NCBI GenBank assembly: GCA_965195285.1 | Contig: CBDAFS010000012.1 | Location: 64,001-128,000, forward strand | DNA length: 64,000 nucleotides | Direction of reading: 5' to 3' | DNA from: an uncultured Aminicenantes bacterium | GTDB taxonomy: Bacteria; Acidobacteriota; Aminicenantia; UBA2199 | Shown: positions 48,824 through 58,570 of the stretch, piece after piece | Numbering within the stretch: position 1 is the stretch's first letter | How the letters are laid out: every line of letters begins with the position of its first letter | Notes under the pieces: generated by a model | Seen by the model: only the letters and a program-made list of their open reading frames with translations | The model's database searches: none | Told to the model about the DNA's origin: nothing | Translations under genes and position numbers: made by a program

Positions 48824-49417
48824 TTATCTGCGATTTTCTGTTATTAATATCTTTATGGTATTCCAAAATTTTATCCCCTGTTTTTCAATATTAAAAGAGT
48901 GATTTGATAACCTCCATTTTTTAACTATCAGCCTTAATCCACCCATTATAATATTGGTAATCTGCTCCTCATGAATATCACTCCTGATCTCTGATTTTTT
49001 CTGTCCATCCCGGATTATTACCAGTATTCTATCAAAATTTGATCTCATTATTGAAAATATCTTTTTTGCCAGTTTTTTATCATCCCTGAATATTTCCTCG
49101 GAAAAGATCACAGCTGCAAAAGCAGGGTTTTTTGCAAAGTGAGAAAAATGGGTGTCAACAATTTCCCTGAGTTTATCAATCGAGGAGACTTCTTCATTCT
49201 GAATAAAGTCATTCTCAATTGGAATGAACTTTTCAAATTGCGTTAAAATAGCAATAAGGATATCCATTTTACTCTCAAAGTGCCTATATATGGCCGGTTC
49301 CGAAATTCCTATTGATCTTGAGAGGTTCTTTATTGTAAGGTTCTGTATTCCTTTTTCCGAAATAATATCGATCGAGGCTTTTATAATTTCTTCCTGTCTT
49401 TCTGTAAAAAGTTTCAT
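48824..49417 (-). CDS. TetR-family transcriptional regulator
   Basis: N-terminal HTH TIKNLSRSIGISEPAIYRHFESK. Confidence 0.92.
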   Translation of the reverse strand: MKLFTERQEEIIKASIDIISEKGIQNLTIKNLSRSIGISEPAIYRHFESKMDILIAILTQFEKFIPIENDFIQNEEVSSIDKLREIVDTHFSHFAKNPAFAAVIFSEEIFRDDKKLAKKIFSIMRSNFDRILVIIRDGQKKSEIRSDIHEEQITNIIMGGLRLIVKKWRLSNHSFNIEKQGIKFWNTIKILITENRR

Positions 49418-49433
49418 TTTTAGTTTTCCTCAT

Positions 49434-49483
49434 GTTAGTTAATATTCACTAACCACAATAATATAAAAATGTTGCGGTGTCAA
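49434..49483 (-). promoter_or_regulatory. TetR operator palindrome and promoter
   Basis: GTTAGTTAATATTCACTAAC (49434-49453, one mismatched pair) directly downstream of minus-strand TTGACA-17 bp-TATTGT. Confidence 0.7.
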
Positions 49484-49626
49484 CAAAAAAATATTTTTTT
49501 CTCATTTTTTCCCCTTTCCCTAATTTCAATATTCAAAAAATTAATAAATTAACAATCCATCCCCAATTTTTTATTGTTGGTGGTTTTATATTTGAATATC
49601 CGAAGAATTTACCCGCCTGTTCCTAT

Positions 49627-49653
49627 TGTCAAAATGTCAAGCACCGTCACCCC
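49627..49653 (-). repeat. Solo degenerate copy of the RAYT-element end
   Basis: TGTCA-AAA-TGTCAAGCACCGTCACCCC versus GTCA-TAC-TGTCAAGCAACGTCCCC at 4719. Confidence 0.7.
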
Positions 49654-49732
49654 TTGCTGACATATTGCTTTTGAAGGGTAAAATGAATCGAATTTTTGAG
49701 ACAGCCTCAAAGACTTGACCCATATTATTCTA

Positions 49733-50503
49733 TTATTGTAGTCCGGAATAGATTTTCAGAAAGTCCGGTAATCCCAGTTGTTCGGCCCGGAGGTTATTCT
49801 TGATTTTTCCGCTGCAAAAGGTCGCATTCAGTTTATCCTTTCCGTAGACCCCGCTGAGATTGTTGAACAGGGTTTTTCGTCTGGATTTGAAAGCCTGTTG
49901 CAGGAATTGATAAAATTCTCCCTGGCTCGGGATTTTGTCCTGACCGGGTCTGGGTTGAAAGTTGAATACAGTTGAGATGACATCCGGAGGCGGAGAGAAT
50001 GAACCCGGTTTGACATCGCAGATTTTTTTGGATTGAAATAGTGTCCGGAACATCAGGGACCGGGCATTATTGGACTTCGAATTGGAAATTCGAATGGTTT
50101 TGACCACAAATTCCCTCTGCATCATGAGGATTCCCCTGCGGATAAATCGGCTCTGGCGGATTATCCAGTCGATCAATTCTTTTGAAATATAAAATGGGAT
50201 ATTTCCAATCAAATTTAATTTTTCTCTGAACAATAATTTGTCCAGTTCAATGTCCAGTATATCGGCATTGATTATCAGGCAATTCTCCCGGTACTTTTTC
50301 TGGATTTCCTCGGCCAGAGACCTGTCCTTCTCCACCAGTATCAACTTGTTATTTCCCCGGTGTCGGATCAATAGATCGGATAAAATTCCCCTGCCCGGTC
50401 CGATTTCCAGAATGGGTCCTTGGGCTGGAAACAGATTTAAGATCATCTTACTGGCAATATTCTGATTGATCAGGAAATGCTGGCCCAGGGGTGTAGGATT
50501 CAT
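49733..50503 (-). CDS. rsmA: 16S rRNA m6,2A dimethyltransferase RsmA/KsgA
   Basis: LGQHFL, EIGPGRG, NIPF, FSPPPDVIS and RRKTL motifs. Confidence 0.92.
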   Translation of the reverse strand: MNPTPLGQHFLINQNIASKMILNLFPAQGPILEIGPGRGILSDLLIRHRGNNKLILVEKDRSLAEEIQKKYRENCLIINADILDIELDKLLFREKLNLIGNIPFYISKELIDWIIRQSRFIRRGILMMQREFVVKTIRISNSKSNNARSLMFRTLFQSKKICDVKPGSFSPPPDVISTVFNFQPRPGQDKIPSQGEFYQFLQQAFKSRRKTLFNNLSGVYGKDKLNATFCSGKIKNNLRAEQLGLPDFLKIYSGLQ

Positions 50504-51750
50504 GGAGACAGGACCTCGCCTTCACAGATATTTTCATTGATGAGGTGTTTGATTTTGAGTTTGACTTTCTTCTTTTTGAATCCCGTTAAGGGTGGGACTC
50601 GAACGGTCAGAAAGTTGTCGGTGACGATGAGGGAATAGTTGTCGTTTTCCTCGATCAGGATACCTTCCAGGATTTTTCCCAGGAACTTTTCCCGGTAACG
50701 CAGGCGAAGCTCGGTATTGATTTCCTTGAGAATCTTCACCCGTTTTTTAATAATGTTCTGGGCAACAGGTTCAAGATTATAAGCAGCGGTTCCCTCACGG
50801 GGTGAAAATGGGAAAACATGCAGGTAATTCAGGGGGGTTTGATTGATCAGGTCCAGGCTTTCCTGAAAATTGTTTTCACTCTCCTCGGGGAAACCCACAA
50901 TGATATCGGCACCGAAATTGGCATCCGGGAAAAACTTGGAAAAGACATTCATCATCTTTTTAAAATCATCTGACTTCAACCCCCGTTTCATTTTTCTTAA
51001 AATCGTGTTGCTGCCGCTCTGCAGGGAAAGGTGAAAACTCCGGGCCAGATTGTTTATATAGCTAAGTTCCTTGATAAAACCATACTTGATGTAGCGGGGA
51101 TCCAGAGAACTGAGCCGGATAAACTCAAGGTTTTTTATTTCACTGATTTTCTTGACCAGGTTCAGTAAGTTTTGGCGGGGAAACAGATCATAGCCATAGG
51201 AAGAGAGGTTGATTCCGGTCAGTACGATTTCCCGGTATCCCAGCAAGGCAAAATACCTGGCCCTGTCCAGTATTTCTTCCAGGGGAGAACTGGTTGATTT
51301 ACCCCTTAAATAGGGGACAATGCAGAAAGAGCACCTGTGGTTGCATCCGTCCTGGATTTTTAAAAAAATCCTGGACCTGAATGAAGAGTGAAAAATGATA
51401 TTTTCATTTTTTACCGGAAATAACTGCCTGATGGTTTCGGTCAGGCCCTGTTTTTGCTGGTTGTCAATGAATATATAATCCTTGAATCGTTCGGCCAGCC
51501 GGGCAGTTTCCTTGGTGACGGTACAGCCGGTAACAATCCATTTTTTGTGGGTGTTTTTATAGATTTTATTGATAAACCGCAAGACATCCCGTTCGGCCCT
51601 CTGGGTTACACTGCAGGTATTGATAATGCCGAAATCGGCTTCCTGGAGGGAACTGACCAGCTGGTAGCCTGAATTTTCCAATACGATGATCCATTCCTGA
51701 ACTTCTGCTTGATTGGTTCGGCAACCAAAGTATTTGACATAAAACTTCAT
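50500..51750 (-). CDS. mtaB: tRNA t6A37 methylthiotransferase MtaB (radical SAM)
   Basis: GCRTNQ, NTCSVT, TGC; KIQDGCNHRCSFC; HVFPFSPREGT. Confidence 0.88.
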   Translation of the reverse strand: MKFYVKYFGCRTNQAEVQEWIIVLENSGYQLVSSLQEADFGIINTCSVTQRAERDVLRFINKIYKNTHKKWIVTGCTVTKETARLAERFKDYIFIDNQQKQGLTETIRQLFPVKNENIIFHSSFRSRIFLKIQDGCNHRCSFCIVPYLRGKSTSSPLEEILDRARYFALLGYREIVLTGINLSSYGYDLFPRQNLLNLVKKISEIKNLEFIRLSSLDPRYIKYGFIKELSYINNLARSFHLSLQSGSNTILRKMKRGLKSDDFKKMMNVFSKFFPDANFGADIIVGFPEESENNFQESLDLINQTPLNYLHVFPFSPREGTAAYNLEPVAQNIIKKRVKILKEINTELRLRYREKFLGKILEGILIEENDNYSLIVTDNFLTVRVPPLTGFKKKKVKLKIKHLINENICEGEVLSP

Positions 51751-52250
51751 TCAGTTTTTAACTTTTTTTTGAGTTTCCGGCTTTTATCAACGACCTGCTG
51801 CTTCTGTTCCTCCCTGAAATCGGCCAGTTGCTGTTTCAGGGCAGGATTGGCTAAGGATAGAATATGGACGGCAAACAGGATAGCATTTACCCCGCCAGAG
51901 TTTCCAATTCCAAAGGTTGCCACCGGGATTCCTCCCGGCATTTGAACAATGGAATAGAGGGAATCCATTCCGGATAATTTTGAATCAATGGGAACCCCCA
52001 GAACCGGAAGCAGGGTATGGGCGGCGATAACACCGGGGAGGTGAGCCGCGCCTCCGGCTGCAGCAATGATAACCTCAATGCCTGCGTTTTCATATTTTTT
52101 GATCAGCTCCAGGGTCCTGTCCGGTGTCCGGTGAGCAGAACTGACCTCAATTTCAAAGGTGACATTGAATTTTTTTAAAAGGGAGATTCCTTTTTCCAGG
52201 TAGGGAAAGTCGGAATCGCTTCCCATGATTATACCGATTTTTGGATTCAT
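51747..52250 (-). CDS. purE: N5-CAIR mutase
   Basis: IMGSDSD, SAHRTP, AHLPGV and QMPGGIPVAT motifs. Confidence 0.96.
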   Translation of the reverse strand: MNPKIGIIMGSDSDFPYLEKGISLLKKFNVTFEIEVSSAHRTPDRTLELIKKYENAGIEVIIAAAGGAAHLPGVIAAHTLLPVLGVPIDSKLSGMDSLYSIVQMPGGIPVATFGIGNSGGVNAILFAVHILSLANPALKQQLADFREEQKQQVVDKSRKLKKKLKTE

Positions 52251-53509
52251 TTTTTTACCTTCCCTATATCGGTCCGATAATATATATTATCGAAGGTGAT
52301 AAAAGATATGGCATCATATATTTTTTTCATGGCATCCTTCAAATTGGAACTCAGGGTACAGATATTCAGTACCCGGCCGCCCGAGGTATAATAATTTTTA
52401 TCTTTGGCAGTGGTTCCGGCATGGAAAATTTCAACCCCCAGAGATTTGGCTCGCTCCAGGCCTTCGATTTTCATGCCGGTTTCGTGTTTTGAAGGGTATC
52501 CCTTGGAAGACAGCACCACACATCCGGCCACCTTTTCATCCCATTCAACCGGAATATCAAACAGACTGCCCTCGGCAGCCCCTTCCATCAAGTCCACGAT
52601 ATCACTCTTCAGTCTCAGTATGATGGCCTGGGTTTCCGGATCCCCGAATCTCACATTAAATTCCAGCACCTTGGGGCCCTCGGGAGTTATCATCAGGCCA
52701 GCATAGAGGACTCCCCTGAATTCCCTGCCTTCCCGGCGCAGGCCTTCAATCGTCGGTATGATGACTGTTTTCATAATAATCGTATAGAGGTTTTTATCAC
52801 TTTTTGGAGAAGGGGATATGGCACCCATGCCTCCGGTATTGGGTCCCCGGTCATAATCAAATATTTTTTTATAATCCATGGCCGAAACCAGAGGAATGGC
52901 CCGCTTTCCATCCGAAATGACCAGAAAAGACATCTCCTGTCCTCTTAAAAGTTCCTCGATGATAATGCGTTCTCCAGCCTTTCCGAACTTTTTTTCCACC
53001 ATAATCGAATCCACAATGGCTTCGGCCTGTTCGGGATTGTTGCAAATAAAGACCCCTTTGCCACCGGCCAGCCCATCGGCTTTCACCACCACCGGAAAGT
53101 TTGCTTTTTTCAGATGTTTTTTGGCATCACTGGGGTAGCCATAGGTAGCAAATTCAGCGGTCGGGATTTTATTTTTCTCCATAAATTCTTTGGCAAAGAT
53201 CTTTGAGCTCTCAATCATAGCCGCCATCTGGGTAGGGCCGAATATCTTCAGGTTTCTTTTGTTAAATTCATCGGCAATACCCAGCGACAGGGGGAGTTCG
53301 GGGCCAACAATGGTTAAATCAATTTTTTCCTCCTGAGCGAAGTCTGCGATTTCAATGATATTGGAGGCTTTTATATCAATTGTCTGGGCGAGCTCCTCCA
53401 TGCCTGCATTTCCGGGAATGGCATAAATTTTTTTCACTTTTTTTGATTGGGAAATTTTCCAGACCAGAGCATGTTCCCGGCCGCCCGAACCGATTACTAA
53501 AATTTTCAT
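52247..53509 (-). CDS. purD: Phosphoribosylamine--glycine ligase
   Basis: GSGGREHA, KADGLAGGKGV, NTGGMG and EFNVRFGDPE motifs. Confidence 0.96.
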   Translation of the reverse strand: MKILVIGSGGREHALVWKISQSKKVKKIYAIPGNAGMEELAQTIDIKASNIIEIADFAQEEKIDLTIVGPELPLSLGIADEFNKRNLKIFGPTQMAAMIESSKIFAKEFMEKNKIPTAEFATYGYPSDAKKHLKKANFPVVVKADGLAGGKGVFICNNPEQAEAIVDSIMVEKKFGKAGERIIIEELLRGQEMSFLVISDGKRAIPLVSAMDYKKIFDYDRGPNTGGMGAISPSPKSDKNLYTIIMKTVIIPTIEGLRREGREFRGVLYAGLMITPEGPKVLEFNVRFGDPETQAIILRLKSDIVDLMEGAAEGSLFDIPVEWDEKVAGCVVLSSKGYPSKHETGMKIEGLERAKSLGVEIFHAGTTAKDKNYYTSGGRVLNICTLSSNLKDAMKKIYDAISFITFDNIYYRTDIGKVKK

Positions 53510-53669
53510 GTTTGCTCCTTATCTAATGTCAGCACCCCATACCGCTGCAGCTGAGTATTGAAGTACAAAAATAATTTTAAAATCTATTATATACAAATTA
53601 TAAGAAAAAAACAGATCATTCTCAAGTATTTTAACCCAATGAAATTTATTTATTGGAAATAATTGAGGT

Positions 53670-53698
53670 TTGACAACCCGGATCGTTTGGGCTACCAT
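53670..53698 (+). promoter_or_regulatory. Sigma70-type promoter of the moxR operon
   Basis: TTGACA-17 bp-TACCAT. Confidence 0.55.
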
Positions 53699-53751
53699 TT
53701 TAAGTATCAGCAATGATGGGTGACATGTGTATTTTTAACAGCGAGGGCTAA

Positions 53752-54675
53752 ATGAAAGATGAAATTGATGCAGTTGTCAATCAGGTTGGCCGGATCATAC
53801 TGGGCAAGCAGAAGGAAATCAAATTGGTGATGGCCTGTTTGCTGGCCCGGGGGCATTTGTTGATCGAGGACATACCCGGGGTAGGGAAAACCACCATGGC
53901 CCAGGCACTGGCCAGAACCCTGGGGCTTCAGTACAATCGCATCCAGTTTACCAGTGACCTGCTACCTGCCGATGTGGTGGGTGTTTCTGTTTTTAATCGG
54001 GAAACCCAAAAATTCAAATTCCATCCTGGCCCGCTGTTCGGTCAGATGGTGTTGGTGGATGAGTTGAATCGGGCCACTCCCCGAACCCAGAGTGCACTGC
54101 TTGAGGCCATGGAAGAACGCCAGGTTTCAATTGATTCCATTACCTATCCGCTTCCCGAACCGTTTTTTGTCATTGCTACCCAGAATCAGCGCTACCATGT
54201 GGGGACCTTTCCCCTGCCCGAGTCTCAACTGGACCGCTTTTTCATGAGGATCCGACTGGGTTACCCGGACCATGCGGCTGAACGACAGCTCCTGACTGGC
54301 GAAAACCGGCAGGCCATGTTGAAAAAAATGAGCCCGGTCATATTGGTGTCCAGATTGCTTGAACTTCAGGAAAAAGTGATTCAGGTCCATACTTCGCCGG
54401 CTATCCTGGATTATGTTCAAAATATCATTACTGCCAGCCGCCACACCCAGCAATATCTGGGGCTCTCTCCCCGGGCTGGTATTGCCCTGCTCCATGCCGC
54501 CCAGGGCTATGCCCTTACCCAAGGCAGAGATCTGGTTTTACCCGAGGATGTTCAGCAAGTAGCCGGAAGTGTGCTGGAACACCGCTTGAACCCGGAGGGA
54601 AGCAAGGTCAAAGGGAGTGGATTCAGTGCTTCGGAAAATTTGATATCTTCATTGTCGGTTGACCCGGTTTCCTGA
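53752..54675 (+). CDS. MoxR-family AAA+ ATPase
   Basis: DIPGVGKT, RIQFTSDLLPAD, DELNRATPRTQSALLEAM and LPESQLDRF motifs. Confidence 0.93.
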   Translation: MKDEIDAVVNQVGRIILGKQKEIKLVMACLLARGHLLIEDIPGVGKTTMAQALARTLGLQYNRIQFTSDLLPADVVGVSVFNRETQKFKFHPGPLFGQMVLVDELNRATPRTQSALLEAMEERQVSIDSITYPLPEPFFVIATQNQRYHVGTFPLPESQLDRFFMRIRLGYPDHAAERQLLTGENRQAMLKKMSPVILVSRLLELQEKVIQVHTSPAILDYVQNIITASRHTQQYLGLSPRAGIALLHAAQGYALTQGRDLVLPEDVQQVAGSVLEHRLNPEGSKVKGSGFSASENLISSLSVDPVS

Positions 54676-54690
54676 ACTGTTTGATAACAG

Positions 54691-55635
54691 ATGAAGGTGG
54701 ATGCAATACATCAAGAGATGCGGGGGGTGGTGATGCAGCAGAGAGAACGCTGGCGGTTGTTCCCCACTCGCTCGGGATTGATCGGACTGGTCATACTCGT
54801 GGCCATGTTCATTGCCAGTATGAACTATGGCAATACCCTGGCTTATGTGCTCTGTTTTTTTATTCTGAGTGTAATGACGGTTTCTTCTGTTTATACGCAA
54901 TATAATTTATCCGGATTGCAGATTAAATCAATTCAAGCCCAGCCGGTGTTTGCCGGCGGTAACGTTCTTTTCAGGATCGACATTCGAAATGGATCCAGTA
55001 TGGAACGGGTAGCGGTATTCATGGCCTCACCGGACTGCCACAATCCTGGTGATTATGTGGGTCCTTTTTCTTTTCCACCCCGTATGATCACTTCAATTGA
55101 TTTCTCCATGCCCGCTCCCCGGAGGGGATTGCATACCCTGTACTCAATTACCATGGAGACCGTTTATCCACTGGGTCTGTTTCGAAAATGGGGGCTGATT
55201 CCGGTCAACCAAGAATATCTGGTTTTCCCCAGACCAGCAGGACTCCGATCATGGCCACCTCCTCTGACCATGTGGTTTGAAAATGTGGAGGGATTTCACT
55301 TCAGCGGAGGAGATGACTTTACCGGTCTCCGGTCCTACCGGCCGGGTGAGCCCCAGCACCATATTGATTGGAAGGCCTATGCCCGCGGGCGCCCTCTCAG
55401 CATCAAGGAGTTTTCCGGTGGAGGTTCGTTTCAACAGTGGTTCGAATGGTCGGTGTTATCTCAGATGTCGACCGAAGACCGCTTATCCCAGTTGACACGC
55501 TGGGTGCTGGAGGCAGACCAGCATGGCAAGGAATTCGGACTCAGGCTGCCGGGAATGGAGATAGAACCGGATTCTTCCAGCCTCCATACCCTGAGATGCC
55601 TGAAAGAATTGGCTATTTTTGATGACAAACGATGA
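54691..55635 (+). CDS. DUF58 membrane protein
   Basis: N-terminal TM helices, YPLGLF and LRSYRPGE..HIDWKA motifs. Confidence 0.88.
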   Translation: MKVDAIHQEMRGVVMQQRERWRLFPTRSGLIGLVILVAMFIASMNYGNTLAYVLCFFILSVMTVSSVYTQYNLSGLQIKSIQAQPVFAGGNVLFRIDIRNGSSMERVAVFMASPDCHNPGDYVGPFSFPPRMITSIDFSMPAPRRGLHTLYSITMETVYPLGLFRKWGLIPVNQEYLVFPRPAGLRSWPPPLTMWFENVEGFHFSGGDDFTGLRSYRPGEPQHHIDWKAYARGRPLSIKEFSGGGSFQQWFEWSVLSQMSTEDRLSQLTRWVLEADQHGKEFGLRLPGMEIEPDSSSLHTLRCLKELAIFDDKR

Positions 55636-57659
55636 AACTGGCGAATATACTGCTCTCCCCTGAGCTTCCGATTTCCCGAAGGGATCTGGGCCGTCTGATT
55701 TTTTGTCTTCTGGTTGTGGTTTTGTTTTTAATTTCCAATACTCCGCTCTGGGCCATCGCGGGTTGTTTCCTGGTGGTTCTGTGGAGGTACTATCTGATGG
55801 TCCGGGAAAAACCGCTCCCCCCCCGCAGCTTACGTCTGGTTTTGACTATTGCGGCTTTTATAGCCATTTACATTCACTACCGCTCTTTTCTGGGCCGGGA
55901 TCCGGGTATTACCGCCCTGGTGTTGCTTTCGGCCCTGAAGCTTATTGAACTTAAATCCATTCGCGATTTTCTGGTGGTGATTTTTTTATGTTATTTTCTG
56001 GTTCTGGGTGTTTGTCTATATAATCAATCGATGTTATCCATGGCATTGATGTTGGTGATGGCTGTGGGATTGACGTCCATTGTTCTGGGGGTCAATCATC
56101 CGGTCCTAGCGGAGCAGCGAAAGGCTTTCGGTAGTTTGAAACAATCGTTCAAACTGGTCCTGTTATCGCTTCCCCTGGTGGTCGTTCTTTTTTTATTATT
56201 TCCCAGAAGTTCGGGGCCGTTATGGGACCTCCCCCAGGGAGGAACCGGATTCGGACGGTCGGGATTCAGTGAGGTTATCCGCCCGGGTTATATTGCCTGG
56301 CTGGCTCAGTCCGACGAGACCGCTTTCAGGGTGACTTTTCCCGATAACAATATGCCCCCTTATTCAGATCTTTACTTTCGGGGGCTGGTACTCTGGTTTA
56401 CCGATGGGCAAGCCTGGTTTCACGGGTTTTTCCCCTATCGGAATCCCTCCCGAATACCGGTTCCCGGAAATGCCATTCACCAGGAAATCCTTCTGGAACC
56501 CCATTACAGCCGGTATCTGTTTGCTCTGGACAGGCCGGTGGTTTTCCCTTCCTGGGCAGGTCAGTTACCGGGATGGAGTTTTCGAACCAAGAAACCGGTT
56601 GAAAGGCATTTGCGGTATTCGGTTTATTCGGTTCTGCCTGTCAACTCGCCTTCAACCCTGCATCCGGCAACCAGAAAATGGGCCCTTCAGCTTCCTAAAA
56701 AATTGAACCCGCGGATCATACAACTGGGCAGAAATTTCCGACTGACTTCAGCCAATGACCGGAAAATTTTAAATGCGGTTTTGCATTATTTCAGTGATCC
56801 TGCCTTTGAGTATACCCTGAATCCCGGTTTTTTAAATCGCGATGATCCGATCGGAGATTTTCTGTTCAGAAGCCGTAAGGGATTCTGTGAACATTTTGCC
56901 TCGGCTTTTGCCCTGTTGATGAGGATTGCCGGTGTTCCCGCCCGGGTAGTGGTGGGTTTCCACGGTGGGAAGTATAATCCCATCGGGAAATACCTGGAAC
57001 TGCGCCGGGCCGATGCCCATGCTTGGGCTGAAGTGTGGATTGAAACAAGAGGTTGGCAACGTATCGATCCCACGGCTGTGGTATCACCGGAGCGGATCGA
57101 ATACGGGGCGGAAATCACCAACTCTATTTCATCTCTGGGCTTGGTTTCCGATGCCGAGCGGTCGGAAATGATTCGGCGGAGACTGAACAAGAATTTTCTG
57201 AGCAAGGTCTGGGAAACCATTGAAAATATCTGGGATAACCTGAATAGCAATTGGAATTACTGGGTGATCAGTTTTGACCAGGACCAGCAGAAAAGTTTTC
57301 TGGAAGATATTGGCTTGGTGGATTTAAGCGGTTTCACCATGGTCTTTTTGGTGGTTTTTTTGGCCGGGGTTCTCTTAAGCCTGGTTTCTCAAATTTTCAA
57401 ACGCCGTTCTTTCAGACCGGAACCCCTGATGAAAATCTATTATCGGTTCTGTCAAAAAATGGAGAGAAAGGGATTGAAACGCCGCCGGTGGGAAGGCCCC
57501 CTGGATTTTAAAAACCGCATCATCCGGAAATTCCCTGAAAGCCGGGAGACTGTTGAAGCCATCATTTATCTGTATATTGCCATGAGGTATGGAACCCGGT
57601 CACCGTCAAAGCAAAGATTGAATAAGATGAAACAGCACCTGCGCCAGTTAACCCTTTAA
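55632..57659 (+). CDS. TgpA-type transglutaminase-like membrane protein (DUF3488)
   Basis: LFPR, YFRG, GFCEHFA, HAWAEVW and DPT motifs. Confidence 0.92.
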   Translation: MKLANILLSPELPISRRDLGRLIFCLLVVVLFLISNTPLWAIAGCFLVVLWRYYLMVREKPLPPRSLRLVLTIAAFIAIYIHYRSFLGRDPGITALVLLSALKLIELKSIRDFLVVIFLCYFLVLGVCLYNQSMLSMALMLVMAVGLTSIVLGVNHPVLAEQRKAFGSLKQSFKLVLLSLPLVVVLFLLFPRSSGPLWDLPQGGTGFGRSGFSEVIRPGYIAWLAQSDETAFRVTFPDNNMPPYSDLYFRGLVLWFTDGQAWFHGFFPYRNPSRIPVPGNAIHQEILLEPHYSRYLFALDRPVVFPSWAGQLPGWSFRTKKPVERHLRYSVYSVLPVNSPSTLHPATRKWALQLPKKLNPRIIQLGRNFRLTSANDRKILNAVLHYFSDPAFEYTLNPGFLNRDDPIGDFLFRSRKGFCEHFASAFALLMRIAGVPARVVVGFHGGKYNPIGKYLELRRADAHAWAEVWIETRGWQRIDPTAVVSPERIEYGAEITNSISSLGLVSDAERSEMIRRRLNKNFLSKVWETIENIWDNLNSNWNYWVISFDQDQQKSFLEDIGLVDLSGFTMVFLVVFLAGVLLSLVSQIFKRRSFRPEPLMKIYYRFCQKMERKGLKRRRWEGPLDFKNRIIRKFPESRETVEAIIYLYIAMRYGTRSPSKQRLNKMKQHLRQLTL

Positions 57660-58565
57660 TCCGGATTTGTTCTTAAAAATGCCCTTGAGGGTATCATATT
57701 TTTCCAGCAGGATTCCCCCCACGATCAATAATAGACCGACAAATGAGGAGAATAGAATTTTTTCTCCCACCAGTTGATGAATGAAAATCAGAGAAATGAA
57801 GGGCATGATATATATCAGGATGCTGATTTTGGCTGTGGTTTCTGATAATTTCAGGGCTTTTAACCAGAAGTAGAAGGTGATGCCCATTTCAAAAAGTCCG
57901 GTATAGATGGCACCGGCTATCCCCTCTATTTCAGGAATCCGGATCGGATGGAATAGGATGAAGTAAATAAAAACAAAAAGAGTACCGAAGCAAAAGTTCA
58001 AAAACAGGCGGATCAGGGGATCTCTGTGATCCCGTGTGGTGATTAACCAGTAGAGGGACCACAGGACCGAACTGCCCAGGGCCAGGGATATGCCCAGGGG
58101 ATTTTTGATTTGCAGTAGAGCCAGTTGCCCTTCGGTGGAGATCACAATGACCCCGGCAAAGCTGATAAAAATGGCAACCAATGTACGGACTTTTACCTTT
58201 TGTTTCAGGATGGGGATGGCCAGAATAACCATGACAATCCCCCAGATCAGGTTCAGAGGTTGGGCCTGCTGGGCCGGGAGTAGTGAATAGGCCTTGAACA
58301 CAAAAAGGTAATACAGAAACGGGCTCAAAAACCCCATTAAGATGGATAGACCCAGATCATGACGGTTCAGGGCCTTTAACAATCCGGTTTTTTTCTGGGC
58401 GATCAAAATAAAATAAAGCAATAGGGTTGAAACCAGGGTAGATATCATTAGTAGCTCAATATAACTCAGATATCGCAGAGTGATTTTAAATACCGAGGCC
58501 ACCGTAGACCAGAATAGTATGGAAAGGAAGGCATAAAAATAACTTTTTTTCTGGTTGGTGACCAT
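57648..58565 (-). CDS. EamA/DMT-family transporter
   Basis: About 10 TM helices in two repeats. Confidence 0.88.
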   Translation of the reverse strand: MVTNQKKSYFYAFLSILFWSTVASVFKITLRYLSYIELLMISTLVSTLLLYFILIAQKKTGLLKALNRHDLGLSILMGFLSPFLYYLFVFKAYSLLPAQQAQPLNLIWGIVMVILAIPILKQKVKVRTLVAIFISFAGVIVISTEGQLALLQIKNPLGISLALGSSVLWSLYWLITTRDHRDPLIRLFLNFCFGTLFVFIYFILFHPIRIPEIEGIAGAIYTGLFEMGITFYFWLKALKLSETTAKISILIYIMPFISLIFIHQLVGEKILFSSFVGLLLIVGGILLEKYDTLKGIFKNKSGLKG

Positions 58566-58570
58566 GGGTT

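Noticed and set aside
50500-51750. Radical SAM enzyme as maturase for the Tyr-rich peptide
   Set aside because: It has the UPF0004 methylthiotransferase architecture (MtaB), has no SPASM domain, and sits in a housekeeping operon.
53510-53751. Purine or ZMP riboswitch ahead of purD, and the 64-aa ORF 53519..53713
   Set aside because: No aptamer consensus was recognised; the ORF spans AT-rich divergent promoter DNA.
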